Assembly: GCA_964016885.1 (NCBI GenBank)
Contig: OZ024755.1
Span: forward strand, 26,040,001-26,104,000
DNA length: 64,000 nt
From: Eledone cirrhosa
Taxonomy: Eukaryota
Reading direction: 5' to 3'
Under the pieces are notes generated by a model. It made no database searches. It saw only the letters and a list, made by a program, of their open reading frames with translations, and had not been told where the DNA came from. Shown piece after piece: positions 1 through 14,925 of this stretch. A program made the position numbers and the translations under genes. Within the stretch, counting starts at the first letter, position 1; each line of letters begins with the position of its first letter.

Positions 1-368
1 ATGGAAACTGTTATAGCAAGAGACAAAAAAAGAAGATTTGGTGGACCAAATGTAAATAATTTAATACCATGTGCATTCATGTTTTTCAAATGATGCAATT
101 GCTTTGTGTGTGCTGACAAGTATGTCATGTTGTTGAAATAACTCCATACACCATTGCAGCTATCTGTAATACTAGCAGTGATTTTGTATAGCCAGTTGCT
201 TTCTGAGCTATTCTCTCGTAATTCCTTTATCTATGTACAGGGTGTGGAGTGCTTATCCAACTGTTGCATGTTTAGAATAGGTACTTTGCATCCTTGTGGG
301 TTGTTGAAAGCAACTAAAAGTGTTGGTGTCAGGAAAGACATCCAACTGTAAATAAAACATTGCCTTAA

Positions 369-565
369 CCCTTTAGCATTTAAACCAGCCAGAATTCTCT
401 CACCTCTTTCTGTTCAAACCGGCCATAACTGGCCACTCATCTTGATGTTAAGGTGTTCTCAAAATAAATAATATCAAAATCTCAGATTTGATGTTATGTG
501 AGATAATTATGCAAGATAAAGCCTTCACCACAAAAAATACAATAGAGTAATGTAAATGCCAAGGG
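369..565. mobile_element. piggyBac-type MITE (second copy ~866-1025; longer relative ~12750-13530)
   Basis: TTAA TSD; TIR CCCTTTAGCATTT / AAATGCCAAGGG. Confidence 0.7.
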
Positions 566-3500
566 TTAAAAAGCCCCTTTTAACTCATTCCAGCATGGAA
601 AAGTCAACATAAAAATGATGGTAGATCTCGGCTGTCACTCATAATCGAGTATAACTTGATAGGATGTAAGAACATATATGAGGTATGGGGCCCACACTCT
701 GTATTATGAGAAGTCAGTATTTCCCAGTACTGACCTGTCCATTGCTAGCAGGGGAAAATGGGTGTTAGATGATGATAAGATGGGGAGGGGGACAGAAAGG
801 CAAAACTTGCTTATCAACTGATGTTTATTCTACCAACCTTCCAAAGTTCACTACTTCTGTTTTACCCCTTTAGCATTTAAACCAGCTGTATCCAGCCAGA
901 ATTCTCATACTGATGTTAAGGTATTGTTCTCAAAATAAATAGCATCAAAATCTCATAGATTTGATATGTGAGTTAATTATGTACAAATACAATAGTAAAT
1001 ATAGAGTAATGTAAATACTAAAGGGTTAAACTGTTACCATCTATATTCTCAGCAAGTAGAAACAAATAAATATAGTCTATATTTTGAATGTTTTAAATCA
1101 TCCACTTCACCGGATTATAAATAACACTTCAATGTAGATGATTTCTATTCTATTACGTGTTCCAACTGACGTGCTGAGGCACTGTTGAAAGAAAAAAAAA
1201 ACGGGATTCATAAAACTGAAGGTGTAATTTAGGTTAAATTACTGCTATTGTTCACTAACACACATTACTTTTTGGGGGGGTCAATGTGTGGTGGTGGTGG
1301 TGGTGGTGGACAAGATCTATTTAGGATGATGTGTTCTCTTCACAATTGACTGATATCATTATCATCATCATTGTTTAATGTCCGTTTTTCCATGCTGGCA
1401 TGGGTTTGACGAGTTGTCCCATTGTGAGACATGCCCGGTACGATGACCATGTCTTGCTTATACAGAACTGTTTCTGGCTTAGTTTCTATGGCTGGATGCT
1501 TCTACTAATGCCAACTACATTTACAGTGTGAGCTGGGTACTTGTCGTGGCACCAAAACAATCTAAACTGGGGTGGGAGTTGGAGAAGTGGATTTAGGGTG
1601 GGACACTTATTTGGTGATGGGTGGTGTATAGAAGGGAGAAGGTAAGGGAAAGTAGTGCTTACTAGATGTATGCTTCAAGCCATGCATATGGCAAGGCAGA
1701 TCTATATTACAACATAACACCAGAGATCTCAATCCTATGTCCATCGCCTATGAGAGGTGCAGTTGTGCAATGTCAGTTTTTATCAACTTTGAGCACCCTG
1801 CACCTTTTTATGTAGCTGTCATCTTTCATATGCATCACATGGCCATATCGATGCAATCTCCTGTCTTGCACACTCCATCTGATTCCTCTTATGCCTAGTT
1901 TCTCTCAGTTCATTTGTGCTTTGCATCTATATTTCTATTGATTATATCAACCCCAGTACTTATTTTACTGGTTTCAGTTATTAGACTGTGGCCATAGTGG
2001 AGCACTCCCTTGAAGGGATTGAGTGTATCATATCAACTACAGTACATTACCATATTTCTAATGAAAGACTATGTAATTAACCCTTTCATTACCAATTTTC
2101 TAATGAAGCCACTACCTGTGTAATTAACCCTTTCATTACCATATTTCAAATGAAAGACACTACATATGTCAGTAATCCTTTCATTACCATATTTCTAATT
2201 AAAGACAATCTGTGTCATTTAACTAATGAAAAGATTTGATAGATTAACTGAGATATTTCTTTCATTAAGGTGGTAATTATGTTGGAAGATTTTAACTTAA
2301 GATAAGGTCTTTATATAAAATTAAGCTGGAAGATTTAAATTTAAATAGGGACTCTTTAAAATGGGTGATTTAGTTTCATAGAACCAGATGTGATTTTGGG
2401 TGAGTTGGTATCAAACGAGCTACATCTTTTGAAACCAAAAATACTAGGAACTTCCTCTAGTTCAACAATAGACTGTTTAAAATGCAATTCAACCATGAAA
2501 CTGGGAGCAAACACTGTAAAGACCATATTACACAATTTATTGCTTCTTGTATAAGTACTGCTTTTTTTTTTTTTAACGTGCGTATTTGCTCTCTCTCTCT
2601 CTATATATATATATATGTATATATATATATAATACATATATGTGTGTAAAATGAATAACAAATATATGGGCCGAGATGTCAGACAAACGAACAAAACACA
2701 GACTTTCCCAACTCATCAGTCGATTGCTAGAGATACATTGTTTCTGTACTTCAAGATTGATACAACTTGCTTAAGTGCACAAGGGACAGTGACTAATGGA
2801 TGAAAGACAATATGAATGGGCTTTCAACTATTTACAAATAAGAGAAAAATATGCTACAAACCTAGTGCTGTAACTGAAACAAAGATATATATTTGTGTCA
2901 TATATTGACAGAATTAAGAATGAGTACTCAATACCAATTCCTTCATCTTCTCAGGTGATAACTGTCTCAACATCACCCCAATCATTTCTACAAGTCTAGT
3001 CTCCCATATGCACAGGGGGTGGGGGACTTATGAATCTGGCAAGAGCAAGATCCCACCCCACACACTGATAACACATTAGCACAAGTGACTGGGGAACCAT
3101 GGCTTCTGCCTATACTACGTCTCCTGAGGTGACAAAACTAAGGAAGTGGTGCTATTTTATTGGCACAGATTTACTACGTGATACTCCAATATGTGTAGCA
3201 ATGTCTATATGGTGCCAAGAGTTCAGAGTCCTGGCTTGAATATATGTGTATCATCATCGTTTAAGCATGGGTTAGACGGTTCTGTTCCATTTGATGCGGC
3301 AATGGTCTGGAGACCATGTCTCGCTCGCACAGAAGCGTCTCTGGCAGGTTGTTTTACACCAACCACATTTACAGTGTGGACTGTTGTGGCATCGAGACAG
3401 TGGACGGGAGAGGTGGGGTGTACATGGAGTTAAGAGGTGCCTACCGACTATATATATATATATATATATGTTGTGTGTGTACATCTTCAGAATCATTTTA

Positions 3501-4135
3501 CATCTGTATGCCCCCACTCCCTCCCACTGCAAAGTGGTCGTGGAAGTGCCACGGCAAAAAAATCACCCACCACTCACTGTAAATGAGGTTGGTGTTAGGA
3601 AGGGAATCCAGCTGTAGAAATCGAGCCAGAATCGGTTCCCGTATGAGCAAGACAAGGTCAGTCGACCGGACACTGCCCACAATAGGACAACCCGTCTAAC
3701 CCATGCTAGCGTGGAGGAACGGACATAAAACGGTGATGCTTGATTCCTGCTACTAAGAGTTGGATAATATATATATATGTGTGTGTGTGTGACATGACAA
3801 AAACTGCCCAGTACGACATGGTCACCTGATCTGACATGTTTGATAACGTGACAACGTGTCTAACACATGTGTACATATGGAAGAAATGTTAAATGATGAT
3901 GTTAATATATATATGTTTGTATGTACACTTGAAACATGAGGACTTCTGATGATTGTTATTCTTGAGTAATCATGTTTTACAATGTTGTTGTAGAAAGGCA
4001 TTCTTGTTTTTCAAATATATTTTACTGTACGGAGAATTTGTCTTTTTTAAATTCTTTCTTGAGTTTGACTTTTTCTAAACTTTGAACTGTACATATTTTG
4101 CATTCCCACCCCTTCCTCTCTCTCTTTATATATAT

Positions 4136-4186
<51 letters not shown>

Positions 4187-4736
4187 TACTGTTTCTTGTT
4201 TTCTCATGTGTCATTTCTCAACATTCTAAATATATATATAGCAGATTGGTAGAATTGTTAGGCCATTGAAGCTGCGTAGGGGGGCACAACTCTGCTAAGT
4301 CGTGTCTCGTTAGTTTCTAATTCCATCAGTTTAATTGGGAAGCGATGGTTGTTGTTCAAACATCTTTAGAAGGTGTATTATAAACAGTAAAAGATATTAG
4401 TGTCCATATTCTATTTATGGTGCTAAGTTGGCGCAGTGTGTCCAGAGCATTGAGTGTAGGCCACCAAGACACTTTGAAATAATTGTCTCGGCTCTTCACT
4501 CTGCCTGGGCCATCACCATCTCATCATCATATGTTCACTTTTCATTCTAGCATGGGTTAGGCACGTCATTACAGTCTGAGAGTAGACCGGTCAGATGACC
4601 ATGTCTTCCTGTGTCTCATATTTGATATAGTTTCTATGGTCAGGTACCTTTCCTCACCTACCAATTTACTGAGTGTACTGGGTGCATTTTATCATAGTAT
4701 ATCTATACCTACATATATAATTTATATATATATATA

Positions 4737-5460
4737 GAGGCACATGGCTTAGTGGTTAGAGCATTGGGCTTGCAATCGAAAGGTTGTGAGTTCAATTCTC
4801 AGACCGGGTGATGTGTTGTTTCCTTGAGCAAGACACTTTATTTCACATTGCTCTAGTTTACTCAGCTGTAGAAATGAGATGACAGGACTGGAGTCCCTAT
4901 CATTTCACTGCAAAGTGGACATGGAGGTGCCACAGCAAAAAAGCACCCAGCCCACACTGTAAAGTGGACGTGTAGGCGCCACGGAAAAAAAAGCACCCAG
5001 CACTCACTGTAAATGAGGTTGGTGTTAGGAAGGGTATCCAGCTGTAGTCAAGCCAGAATCAGTTCCCGTCCCACCCTTACAAGCAGGGAAAAGCAGACGT
5101 AAAATGATGATATATATAAGCACATGGCTTAGTGGTTAGAGCATTGGCCTTGCAATCGAAAGGTTGTGAGTTCAATTCTCAGACCGGGCGATGTGTTGTT
5201 TCCTTGAGCAAAACACTTTATTTCACATTGCTCCAGTTTACTCAGCTGCAGAAATGAGATGATAGGGACTGGGGTCCATATCATTCCACTGTAAAGTGGA
5301 TGTGGAGGTGCCATGGCAAAAAAGCACCCAGCACTCACTGTAAATGAGGTTGGTGTTAGGAAAGGCATCCAGCTGTAGAAATCAAGCCAGCATCAGTTCC
5401 CGTCCCACCCTTGCAAGCAGGGAAAAAAAAGCGGACGTAAAATGAAATGATGATGAATGA
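4737..5460 (+). mobile_element. Two tandem tRNA-derived SINEs (family A, CORE-like body, (ATG)n tail)
   Basis: A box TGGCTTAGTGG, B box GAGTTCAATTC, CCTTGAGCAAGACACTT; near-identical copies elsewhere in the window. Confidence 0.85.
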
Positions 5461-6268
5461 TATAAGGGTGGTGCCTCAGCATGGCCTCAGCCGGATGGCT
5501 GGGACAGGTAAAAGCGTATATATATATAATATCCTTTAATGTCTGCTTACAGAGTGTACTGGGTGCATTTTATCATAACATATGTAATTTGTATATGTAT
5601 GTGTGTGTATATAAATATATATATATATGTCATCTTCATTTAACATTTGTTTGCAGGGTGTACTAGGTACATTTTCGTGGCCACTAGAGAGATTGTTGGT
5701 TATTGTCCCATTTGAAGCACCCTTTCTGCTGTGTGCTTGAGTGGTGGTGGAAAGGAGATAAATGGGATATGATTTGACTTGGAGAAGATGACCTCCAATA
5801 GAGCTGTGGCATTGTAGTAATGGTGTGAATACCTAAACAGTGCTGGCTGTGGGGTGGTCACTCACTGGTGCATTGGGGTGTGGCTATGTAGAGAATAGCT
5901 AAGAAGTGATACTGGAAAGACATGGATGGGGTGTCTACATGGGACTGGTAGTGGAAGGGAGGAAGCATGAGGATGAGTATATATATATATCATCATTTTA
6001 CATCTACTTTTCCCTGCTTGCAAGGGTGGGACGGGTCCTATTCAGCACAGCATCTCTCCACTTGTCACGGTCCTTCGTCATATATACACATACATATACA
6101 CTTCAGAGATTATTTTGAAGGATAAAGTGTAAATCTTGTAGTTTGAATTTGAAATATAAATTTTGCGACTCCAGCCCTGTTTTTCTGACACACCCCATAT
6201 ATATATCTGTGATTATAATGTTTTGTCATTGGTTAACATAAATCTAATATATATGTTTGTTTCCATAG

Positions 6269-6322
6269 GAGCCTGTAGCACCTTTGAAGTCAGAAGTTCC
6301 AATGAAGAAGAATAATCGCCCA
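6269..6322 (+). CDS. Internal exon of an unidentified upstream gene (EPVAPLKSEVPMKKNNRP)
   Basis: tttgtttccatag acceptor, gtaagt donor, 54 nt, only frame 0 is open. Confidence 0.6.
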
Positions 6323-6382
6323 GTAAGTAGCAATTCCATTACTCAAAGCAATCATTCAATCACGTAAATATAATTCTAATTA

Positions 6383-8336
6383 ATGTCTGTGAATGGGAAG
6401 TTTGTCCATGAAAACAAGACCATCCTGTTCTCAGGCCGTCAGAACGGGACCCACCGAGATGGAGTTGCAATCATCATGGACAGGGCTGCCAGTGGTGCCC
6501 TTGAGGAGTGGACTCCTATCAACGAACGCCTAATGACAGCAAGATTCACCACATCACATGCAAAGGTCACCATAGCTCAGTGCTATGCTCCAACCAACGA
6601 ACATAACGATGATGACAAGGACGCTTTCTACCAGCAACTACAAGATGTTGTCAACAAAACCCCACGTCATGACATCCTGATCATCATGGGAGACATGAAC
6701 GCACAGATCGGGGGAAGCAGGGTTGGCTTTGAACATGTTATTGGCCCCCATGCTTATGGAAACCGCACGGACAATGGAGACAGGTTTGTCCAGTTCTGTG
6801 CCATGAACAATATGAAAATCGGCTCGTCACTATTTGACCACAAGAACATCCACAAGGTCACATGGGCTTCGAACGACCACAGGACCAAGATGCAAATAGA
6901 CCACATTGCAATTGGCCCAAGTTGGAGAACTCCTTGCCTGCAGGACGTCCGAGTCTACCAGGGCGCAGATGTCTGCAGTGACCACTATCTGTCTGTTACC
7001 AAACTTAAAATCAGACTGAGGAAGCAGAAGAAGAAGAAAGCACCCACTACAAGGCGTTTTGACACTACCAAGCTGAAGAACGGTGACACAGAAGCACAGT
7101 TCGAGGCTGCTTTGAGGAACAGATTTGCTGTCCTTGGGGAGTCTGCACCAGGCTTGGTCAATTGGTGGGAGGAAATGAAGAAGACCATGGAAGCTGCAGG
7201 GGAAGAAATCCTGGGCTACAGGAAGTCCCTCAGAGAAGCTTGGGTCAGCGACAACACCTGGCTGATTAATGAAAGGAAAGCCCTACACCAGCGGAGGCAT
7301 GCCACTACCCCAGAGGCCATCAAGGTATATCAGCAGTATGTTGACAAGGAGGTGAAACGCAGCGCCCAAAAGGACAAACGAATGTGGCTTGAGGGTAAGG
7401 GGGAAGCAGCTGCGGCACGCAATGACATGCGCTCTGTGTACCAAATTGCCAAGAAAATCACCGGCAGCTCTAGAGCTAACTCAGGCCCGGTTAAAGCGAA
7501 AGATGGTACGCTGCTTTCCAAGGGTGAAGAAAAGTTAGTCGGATGGGCTGAACATTTCAAGGAAGTCCTCAACCGACCGGAGCCACGTGTGCCAGCAGAC
7601 ACTAAGGAACCTACTAGTTTGTTGCCTATCAATACTGATGACTTCACCGAGAAGGAAGTCCGCATGGCCATCAAAACCCTTAAGAATAACAAGTCACCAG
7701 GTATGGATGGCATTTCTGCTGAAATGCTGAAGTCAGGAGGCGAAAGCATGGTCAAGTAGTGGATGGGCCACTTATGTAATCTTGTGTGGAACACGGGTGA
7801 AGTCCCAGAAGATTGGAGAAACGGAGCGGTTGTCTGTATCCCCAAGAAAGGCAACCTTGCCAATTGTGGCAACTGGAGGGGAGTGACACTTCTCTCCATA
7901 CCAGGGAAGGTCTATTGTCTGGTGATACTGAACCGCATACGTGGCATGGTAGACCGGGAACTGCGAGAACAACAGGCAGGGTTCCGACCAAAACGTTCCT
8001 GTGCAGAGCAGATCTTTACGCTACGCCGCATCATTGAGAGGTCCAACGAATTCCAGAGGCCCCTCGCCATCAGCTTCATCGATTTCTCCAAAGCATTCGA
8101 TAGCATTCATCGACCGTCACTCTGGAGCATCATGCATGAGTATGGTCTGCCCCCAGAAAGTCATTTCGGCAATCAAACAGATTTACGCAAACTCCAAGTG
8201 CTGCATACGGACAGAGGATGGTTACAGTGACTGGTTTGAGGTGGTTACTGGCGTGCGTCAAGGTTGCTCGCTCTCTCCAATTCTCTTTGCCATAGCCATT
8301 GACTGGGTACTAAGAAGAGCATCTAAAGACCAGGGT
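6383..8336 (+). mobile_element. RTE-clade LINE, truncated (AP endonuclease + N-terminal RT)
   Basis: APE motifs (QCYAPT, MGDMNA, IDHI, SDH) and RT motifs (KSPGMDGI, NWRGVTLLS, DFSKAFDS, GVRQGCSLSP); one stop at ~7757 and a frameshift at ~8150. Confidence 0.92.
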
Positions 8337-9394
8337 ATATATTTGGGGAAGGTGTGTTTGGGTGATCCAATAAAATTTGACCTAGAATTATGTTTAACAA
8401 AGTCTTTTCATTGTAATGATATATGAATGGTTGGTGCCATAAGTATTTGTCTGTGAAACATTGCCATAAAAAGGACCTGTGCCAGGAAGGGCATCTGTTT
8501 GTAGGGAAGGACCTGTGCCAGAAAGTGTAGGGTTGAGCCTGTCGTAGGGCCTTCAGAACTAATGGAATGAAACAAAAAATGATATTTACAGCTCACATTT
8601 TTGTAAGTTGAGCTGACATCCTATGAAGCTGGATCTCATAGGTTTCATAGGTGTTTTAATGATAGGGGTCCAAGTTAATGGAAGAAATCTACTGTAATCA
8701 GGCCTGGAAAGGGATGGGCTCCGCCAGGCTTAAAATACCCAAGAAACGCTATATGTCAACACAGCGGCCCTACGACTCTATCAGGAATTACAGGACCATA
8801 CATACATTTAATGTGGCCAGTTATTTACACCACAATACATCTTATTTGACAGCTTATAAGACACACTTTTTTCCAAAAAATGTTCCAGCAAATTACTCTG
8901 CATCTTATAAGGTCAATGGTCAGTTTGGGTTAGTGGCTAGTGGAGTTCTAATGCTGTAGTGACTCTTAAATTACAACGTAAACATCTCTGCCAACAATAA
9001 CAACTTTTTTCTAAGAAAGCTACAATTTTAATAAATTTTATGATGAATAGAATATTTATTTTCACTTTCTTTTGTTTTAAAAATGTACTAAATATTTCAA
9101 CAAAAAATACAATGTAGAAAATAAAGTAAATATATTTTCCCACTTCCTTATGTTTTAAAAATGTACTAAAATATTACAATTAGAATTTTCGATGTAGAAT
9201 GATAAATTAAAAAGTACGATGTACAAACTTTATACCCTTCACCTGATATTCATAGTTTGAACACATTTACATATTTGTTATGCTTGCCCAAATTAAGGTG
9301 TGTTTTATAAACCCTCAAATACGGTATTTATTATGGTCAGTATATTTACTGCAATATTGAAAATAAAATTTATTTTCTGTTTTTACTCTTTCAG

Positions 9395-9451
9395 GAAAGG
9401 CGAGGAGCAGTGTCTACCAACCAGCGGCAGAAAGATTCTCAAGTAGATTAG
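9395..9451 (+). CDS. Probable terminal coding exon of the same gene (ERRGAVSTNQRQKDSQVD*)
   Basis: Strong polypyrimidine acceptor ttttctgtttttactctttcag; phase 0 matches the previous exon; followed by a UTR-like AT-rich region with several AATAAA (~10960-11370). Confidence 0.55.
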   Translation, partial: ERRGAVSTNQRQKDSQVD

Positions 9452-9669
9452 GCTTGAACCTACATCCACTAAGTCGAACTGAGGGAGGAAAACAAACATT
9501 TCTACACACATTTGCACACATACGTACACACATATTCTAATGCAGTCATGCTCAGACTTACATATATGAACATGTACACACATAGATACAAAATTTAAAA
9601 AAGAAAAACATTTCTAATCTATGCCATGATTGCACAAACTTCACACATACATATACACATTCTTACATG

Positions 9670-10058
9670 CACACACATATATATATACATACATACATAT
9701 ATATATATACATATATATACATATATATATATATATACATATATATATACATTTATATATATACACATATATATACATTTATATATGTATACATATATAT
9801 ATACACATATATATATACACATATATATATACACATATATATATATACATTTATATATATATACACATATATACATATATATACACATATATATATACAT
9901 ATATATATACATATATATATACATATATATATACATATATATATACATATATATATATACATATATATACACATATATATATACATATATATACACATAT
10001 ATATACACATATATATATACATATATATACACATATATATATACACATATATATATAC

Positions 10059-10091
<33 letters not shown>

Positions 10092-10140
10092 CATATATAT
10101 ATACATATATACATATATATACACATATATATACACACAC
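9670..10140. repeat. Compound (TA)n/(CA) microsatellite, ~470 bp
   Basis: Pure ATAT/ACAT repeats; explains the Y/I/H/T-rich spurious ORFs. Confidence 0.95.
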
Positions 10141-10532
10141 AGCTACATATACAAACAATATATTCCTTCTCTCTGAAAAAAAAACAGACGTTTTAAAAAA
10201 ATATAAACATTTACTGACTTTATATCATATCTAGGGAAAAAATGAAATTTGAAATAATGGAAGAGACAGTTTCCATAACGTTGTCGATGATTACAACAAC
10301 AACAACTATAAAAACAAAAACAAAAAAAGGCTGTTTGATTGCTCTTTAGGGTAATGGGGGTAGTGATCTAAAAACTTATCTACTAATATATATATAAATA
10401 TATATACACGTGTGTGTGTGTATGTATATATATATATATACACGTGTGCGTGTGTATATATATATATACACATGCACACACACGTTTGAATATGTATGTA
10501 TACATACATACACACACACAACATATATTATA

Positions 10533-10580
<48 letters not shown>

Positions 10581-11129
10581 CATTTTCAAATTAACAATCT
10601 CACCAAGCAGACAAAGTATGATAGTACCAATAGATGGAGGCGAGGGGGGACAACAAACAATTAACTAAAATACAAAAGATCTTCACAGAAAAGAAACCAT
10701 TTTTTTAAGTGCAACAAAAACTAGAACTTTGGAAAGTTTATAGTGACTTTAATGTGTGTGGCCAGGTTGCAGCACAAGGTATTGCCAGCTTATCTCTGTG
10801 TATGACCAGTGACTGGAGCTAATAGATAGGTTCTATAGGTGGGTATTGTTATCATTATTGATAATATTACCCTCCTTGGGCGGTATCGATATGCTGTTTC
10901 CTCAACTATAAAAAAGAAAATTTCACAAAAAAAAAAAATGAAATCCATTTTTTTCGTTGCCAATAAAAAAAAAATGAATTCTCAATAAAGATTTTTAGTT
11001 AACTCCAAGAATTATTTTTGTTCATGGAGATTGTTAACAGTAATGATATATAATATATACACACAATGATCAGTTCTACAATATTTCAGAGGATAAAAAG
11101 AAAATATATAAAGACAGAAACATTAACCC

Positions 11130-11160
<31 letters not shown>

Positions 11161-11864
11161 AAAAATGACTTTAAAAAATTTCCCAATTCTTATTATAAAC
11201 TGGAATTAAAGTTAAGAACATTTATGGACATTCTAAGAAATTATGTTTAAAAGAGATGAACAGAAAAATGGCAAAAAAAATAAAATAAAAAAGAACGTCG
11301 AGAGCAGCTGTATTGGAGGAAGAGGAATTCCACAGTGTTCGCCAATTGGTAAACCTCTTTCAATAAAACCTACAACAGCATCTGTCTGCAGTTCTTACTT
11401 GATAAATATTTACATTACATTTTTTTAAATTTATATCTATTCATACCCCCTTCGTTCTTTGTTTTCACATCACCCCTTGTGTTCTTTTATTACTGGTTTT
11501 ATTCATTAATGTGTGGTCATGCTGGGGCATTCTTTCTATGTCTAGAATGTGACCATGCTGGTGCACCACAGTCATTACACTGCAGGCATGCCAGGGCACT
11601 GTTACAGTCAGACTGGCCATGCTGGATCGTTGAGGCTGGTGTTAGTTTTGAACATTTCTATTTAAATTGTTTTAAGTTAAAACCTGAGGTAAAATTACAT
11701 TGTGACTACTTTAAACATTTCTCAGTGACCTTATTCTATTTCAGCAATTTCTATTCATGAATTTAGTAGAAACTTAGCTATATTTCTACTAAATATTTAT
11801 TTTAAAACCTTCCATCATAATTTTGTGTAAGGATGTTATGTTAGTAAATCTTTGCAAACTCTTG

Positions 11865-12410
11865 AAATAATTGTTTCTACTTTTAGCACAAGGCTAGCAA
11901 TTAACCAGTGTATTACTGGTATTTTATCGACCCCGCAATGATGAAAGGTAAAGTTAACCTTGGCGGAGTTTGAACTCAGATCGTAAAGGGACGTAACTAT
12001 GCTGGAAAGCATGGCGTCCGACCCTCTACCGATAATCCACCGCAAACTCTTGAAATAATTGTTTCTACGTTAGGCAAAAGGCTAGCAAATATGCAGTGCA
12101 TTACTGGTACTTTATATTATTGACCCCGTAAGGATGAAAGGCAAAATTAACCTTGGCGGGATTTGAACTCGGAATGGCAAGGGCCGTAACTCTATAGGTC
12201 AAAGCTTGGCAAACTCTTGAAATAATGAATAATAATTGTTTCTACTTTTGGCACAAGGCCAGCAATTACCCAGTGTATTACTGGTACTTTATTTTATCGA
12301 ACCCCGCCAGGATGAAAAGTAAAGTTAACCTTGGCGGAGTTTGAACTCAGAACGTAAAGGGCCATAACTCTGCTGTAAAGCATGGCGTCTGGCGGTCTAC
12401 CGATTCACCA
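11865..12410 (-). mobile_element. Three tandem SINE family B copies (Nin/Deu-like domain); others at ~13380, 13940, 36870, 40440, 61155, 62385
   Basis: Repeated unit whose - strand reads GAGTTCAAA.CC.CC.AGG...TTTCATCCT....GGGGTCGATAAAATAAAGTACCAG. Confidence 0.7.
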
Positions 12411-14919
12411 TAATGAAAATTGTGTACACTGCTAAGGTGCATGTATAGTACATAGAATAATGCACAAATCATAGATTTCCCAGGATTTTAATGATAGGGG
12501 CCCCGTTCTATATTGTTACAGCCCCTACCAATGCAGGTTTAGCTAGCCTCTTACGAGATTGTATCTCGTAGGATATTTCCGAGGTGTTTTGATGATAGAG
12601 GCCTCTGTTCTATCATGTTATAGCCCCTACCAATCGATCAATTTCGCAATGGTTTAAAAATTACGAACAGTCTTTTTCATTATAAAAGGGTTAAACTGAC
12701 TGTCAACTCATTTGACTTTTTGTAAGCGTTTAAAACAGCCAAAATTATTTCCCCTTTATTTGTTTACACCGGCTAAAACCAACCGCGGCCACACGTTCTA
12801 AAATTAAACAACGTCGTCAAAATCTCGTCGGTTCGAGATTACTTCGAGATAAAGCCTTTGCCGCGAAATATAAAAAATATGGTGAATTAACTTGAAACAA
12901 CACGTTTCTTTAACGACTTGGAAGGTTTTACACGCAATGACATTCAAAATGAAGAAGAAACGAAAGATAACTTTGATAGGTATTGGCCGAGACCATGTCT
13001 AACTTATTAGCAATATCAGTTATTTATCTTCAAATGAATCAGACATATATCTCTGAAATTTCATCGACAATGATTGTTGTTTTGATACTGAAAGCAAAAT
13101 TAAATCTAGGAAAACCCGTTCAACTTATGGCAACAAATGCTGCGGAAATTTCTTACCATAAATATGTTCGGTATAAAGCAATTTCAAAGACTGGAATTAC
13201 TGGTGACCCTTATATATCAAGTATTATGCCGAAAACAAGGTAATTAAAATTAAATCAGTATTTACACCTGTCCATAAAATAATTGATATTTAAACATCTG
13301 ACAAAATTTCAAGTCTGTACGTAAGAAAATTACAAACAAATATAGTTGATAACCCTCTTGAGTATGATTAACTCAAAATAATTGTTTCTACTTTTGGCAT
13401 TAGGCCAACAATTAAACCAGTGCATTACTGGTGCTTTATTTTATCGACCCCCGTAAGGATAAAAGGTAAAGTTAACGACGGCGGGATTTGAACTCACACT
13501 CCGCCGAGGTTAACTAAATGCTAAAAGGGGAAATAATTCAGCAGTCTTGTTGGTTATTTCCCTTCATTAACTTATCACAATCCAGCAACACCTGTGTTTC
13601 TCACAGATAATTGGTTTTCAGGTCACCTTTTCTCGTTTTGTTTTATAAATAAGTGTGGAAGTTTACAAAAGCCAAATTTAGAATTCATTGAAGAAAAAAA
13701 TTTAATTTTTATTTTAGGTTTGATATTAAGTGAAGTTAATTTATTTTGTATTTCACTTTTGATTGTTTTTGAACTGTAAGGTTAGCATTGAGTGTTGTGG
13801 ATTAAATATATCTATCCTTGCTCTATGTACGTAAATATTCTTAGGACCAGTCATACCAACTGTTCAAATCCATCACATCATATTCTGTTTCGATTGAGTT
13901 ATTTATACAGTTCACTTAGGCCACCAGTGGCTATAATATTGTTTCTACTTTTGGCACAAGGCCAGCAATTATCTCAGTGCATTACTGGTTCTTTATTTTA
14001 TCGACCCCGTAAGAATAAAAGGCAAAGTTAACCTCGACGGGATTTGAACCAGTGGCTATATAATGAAGTTGGGTTTAATTAACTTGCACCCAGAACCACT
14101 CACTTGCTATCCCATACCCAACTTTTCATCGCATCATGCCACTCCTATTGACACACTCTCACACCTATATCTATCTCCCTCCCCAGAGATAAGAGGGCTC
14201 CAGTGATGGTGCCATGAAAATACACAAAGGTGGTTGCTTAAAAGAGTTTAGAGAACTCTCTAGTGTTGGTGATCTACATGAGAAACATACCCAGTACACT
14301 GTCAAGCGGTTGGTGATGGGAAGGACATTCAGCCATAGAAATCTTGCTAAAGGGTGCAAATCATCCCCCAAAGTAGTTTCTATGGAAATTTAGACGGTGA
14401 AGCTGAACGTAGAGGTGGTATCAGTGACTTGTGAGGAGAACTCTGCCAGCAGGTGGCAGTATGGATGGAAGGAATAACAAGGTCATGTTGAAGGAATGTA
14501 TGAGACAATCAATAACAGCCAGACTACTTAAATTGTCACAGTAACAGTGATTGCTATTTTCTATTCAGAATTAAGAAATTCCTACGGATGGAGTTTAAAA
14601 AATCAAATCCAATTTTGGAGCCTTTCGACGGCATACACACTCAAATATAGAGTAGGTATATGACATTAACTTACCACACACTGTAAAGTGGTCGTGTAGG
14701 AGTCGGCAAAAAGCACCCAGTACACACTGTTAGGAAGGGCTTCAAAGTGTAGAAATCTAGCCAGAAACAGTTCTGTATGAACAGAACACGGTCACCTGAC
14801 AGAGCTTGCCTGAAATGTGACAAGTCTAACATCCTCTTTCCACGCTAGTATGGGTTAAACAATGATGATTGATGTATATATGTGGGTGGAAAGAAGCTCG
14901 TTATCTAACATTTTTTCAC

Positions 14920-14925
14920 TTTATT
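14920..14925 (-). promoter_or_regulatory. Candidate polyadenylation signal (AATAAA) of TTC27
   Basis: AATAAA on the - strand at the end of a ~1.2-kb largely TE-poor stretch after the stop codon; other AATAAA sites also exist. Confidence 0.35.

Noticed and set aside
4737-4810. tRNA-like sequences at SINE heads
   Set aside because: A/B boxes are present but there is no closed acceptor stem; they are part of a repeated SINE.
9619-10234. Long Y/I/H/T-rich ORFs
   Set aside because: Translation of a dinucleotide microsatellite, open in several frames on both strands.
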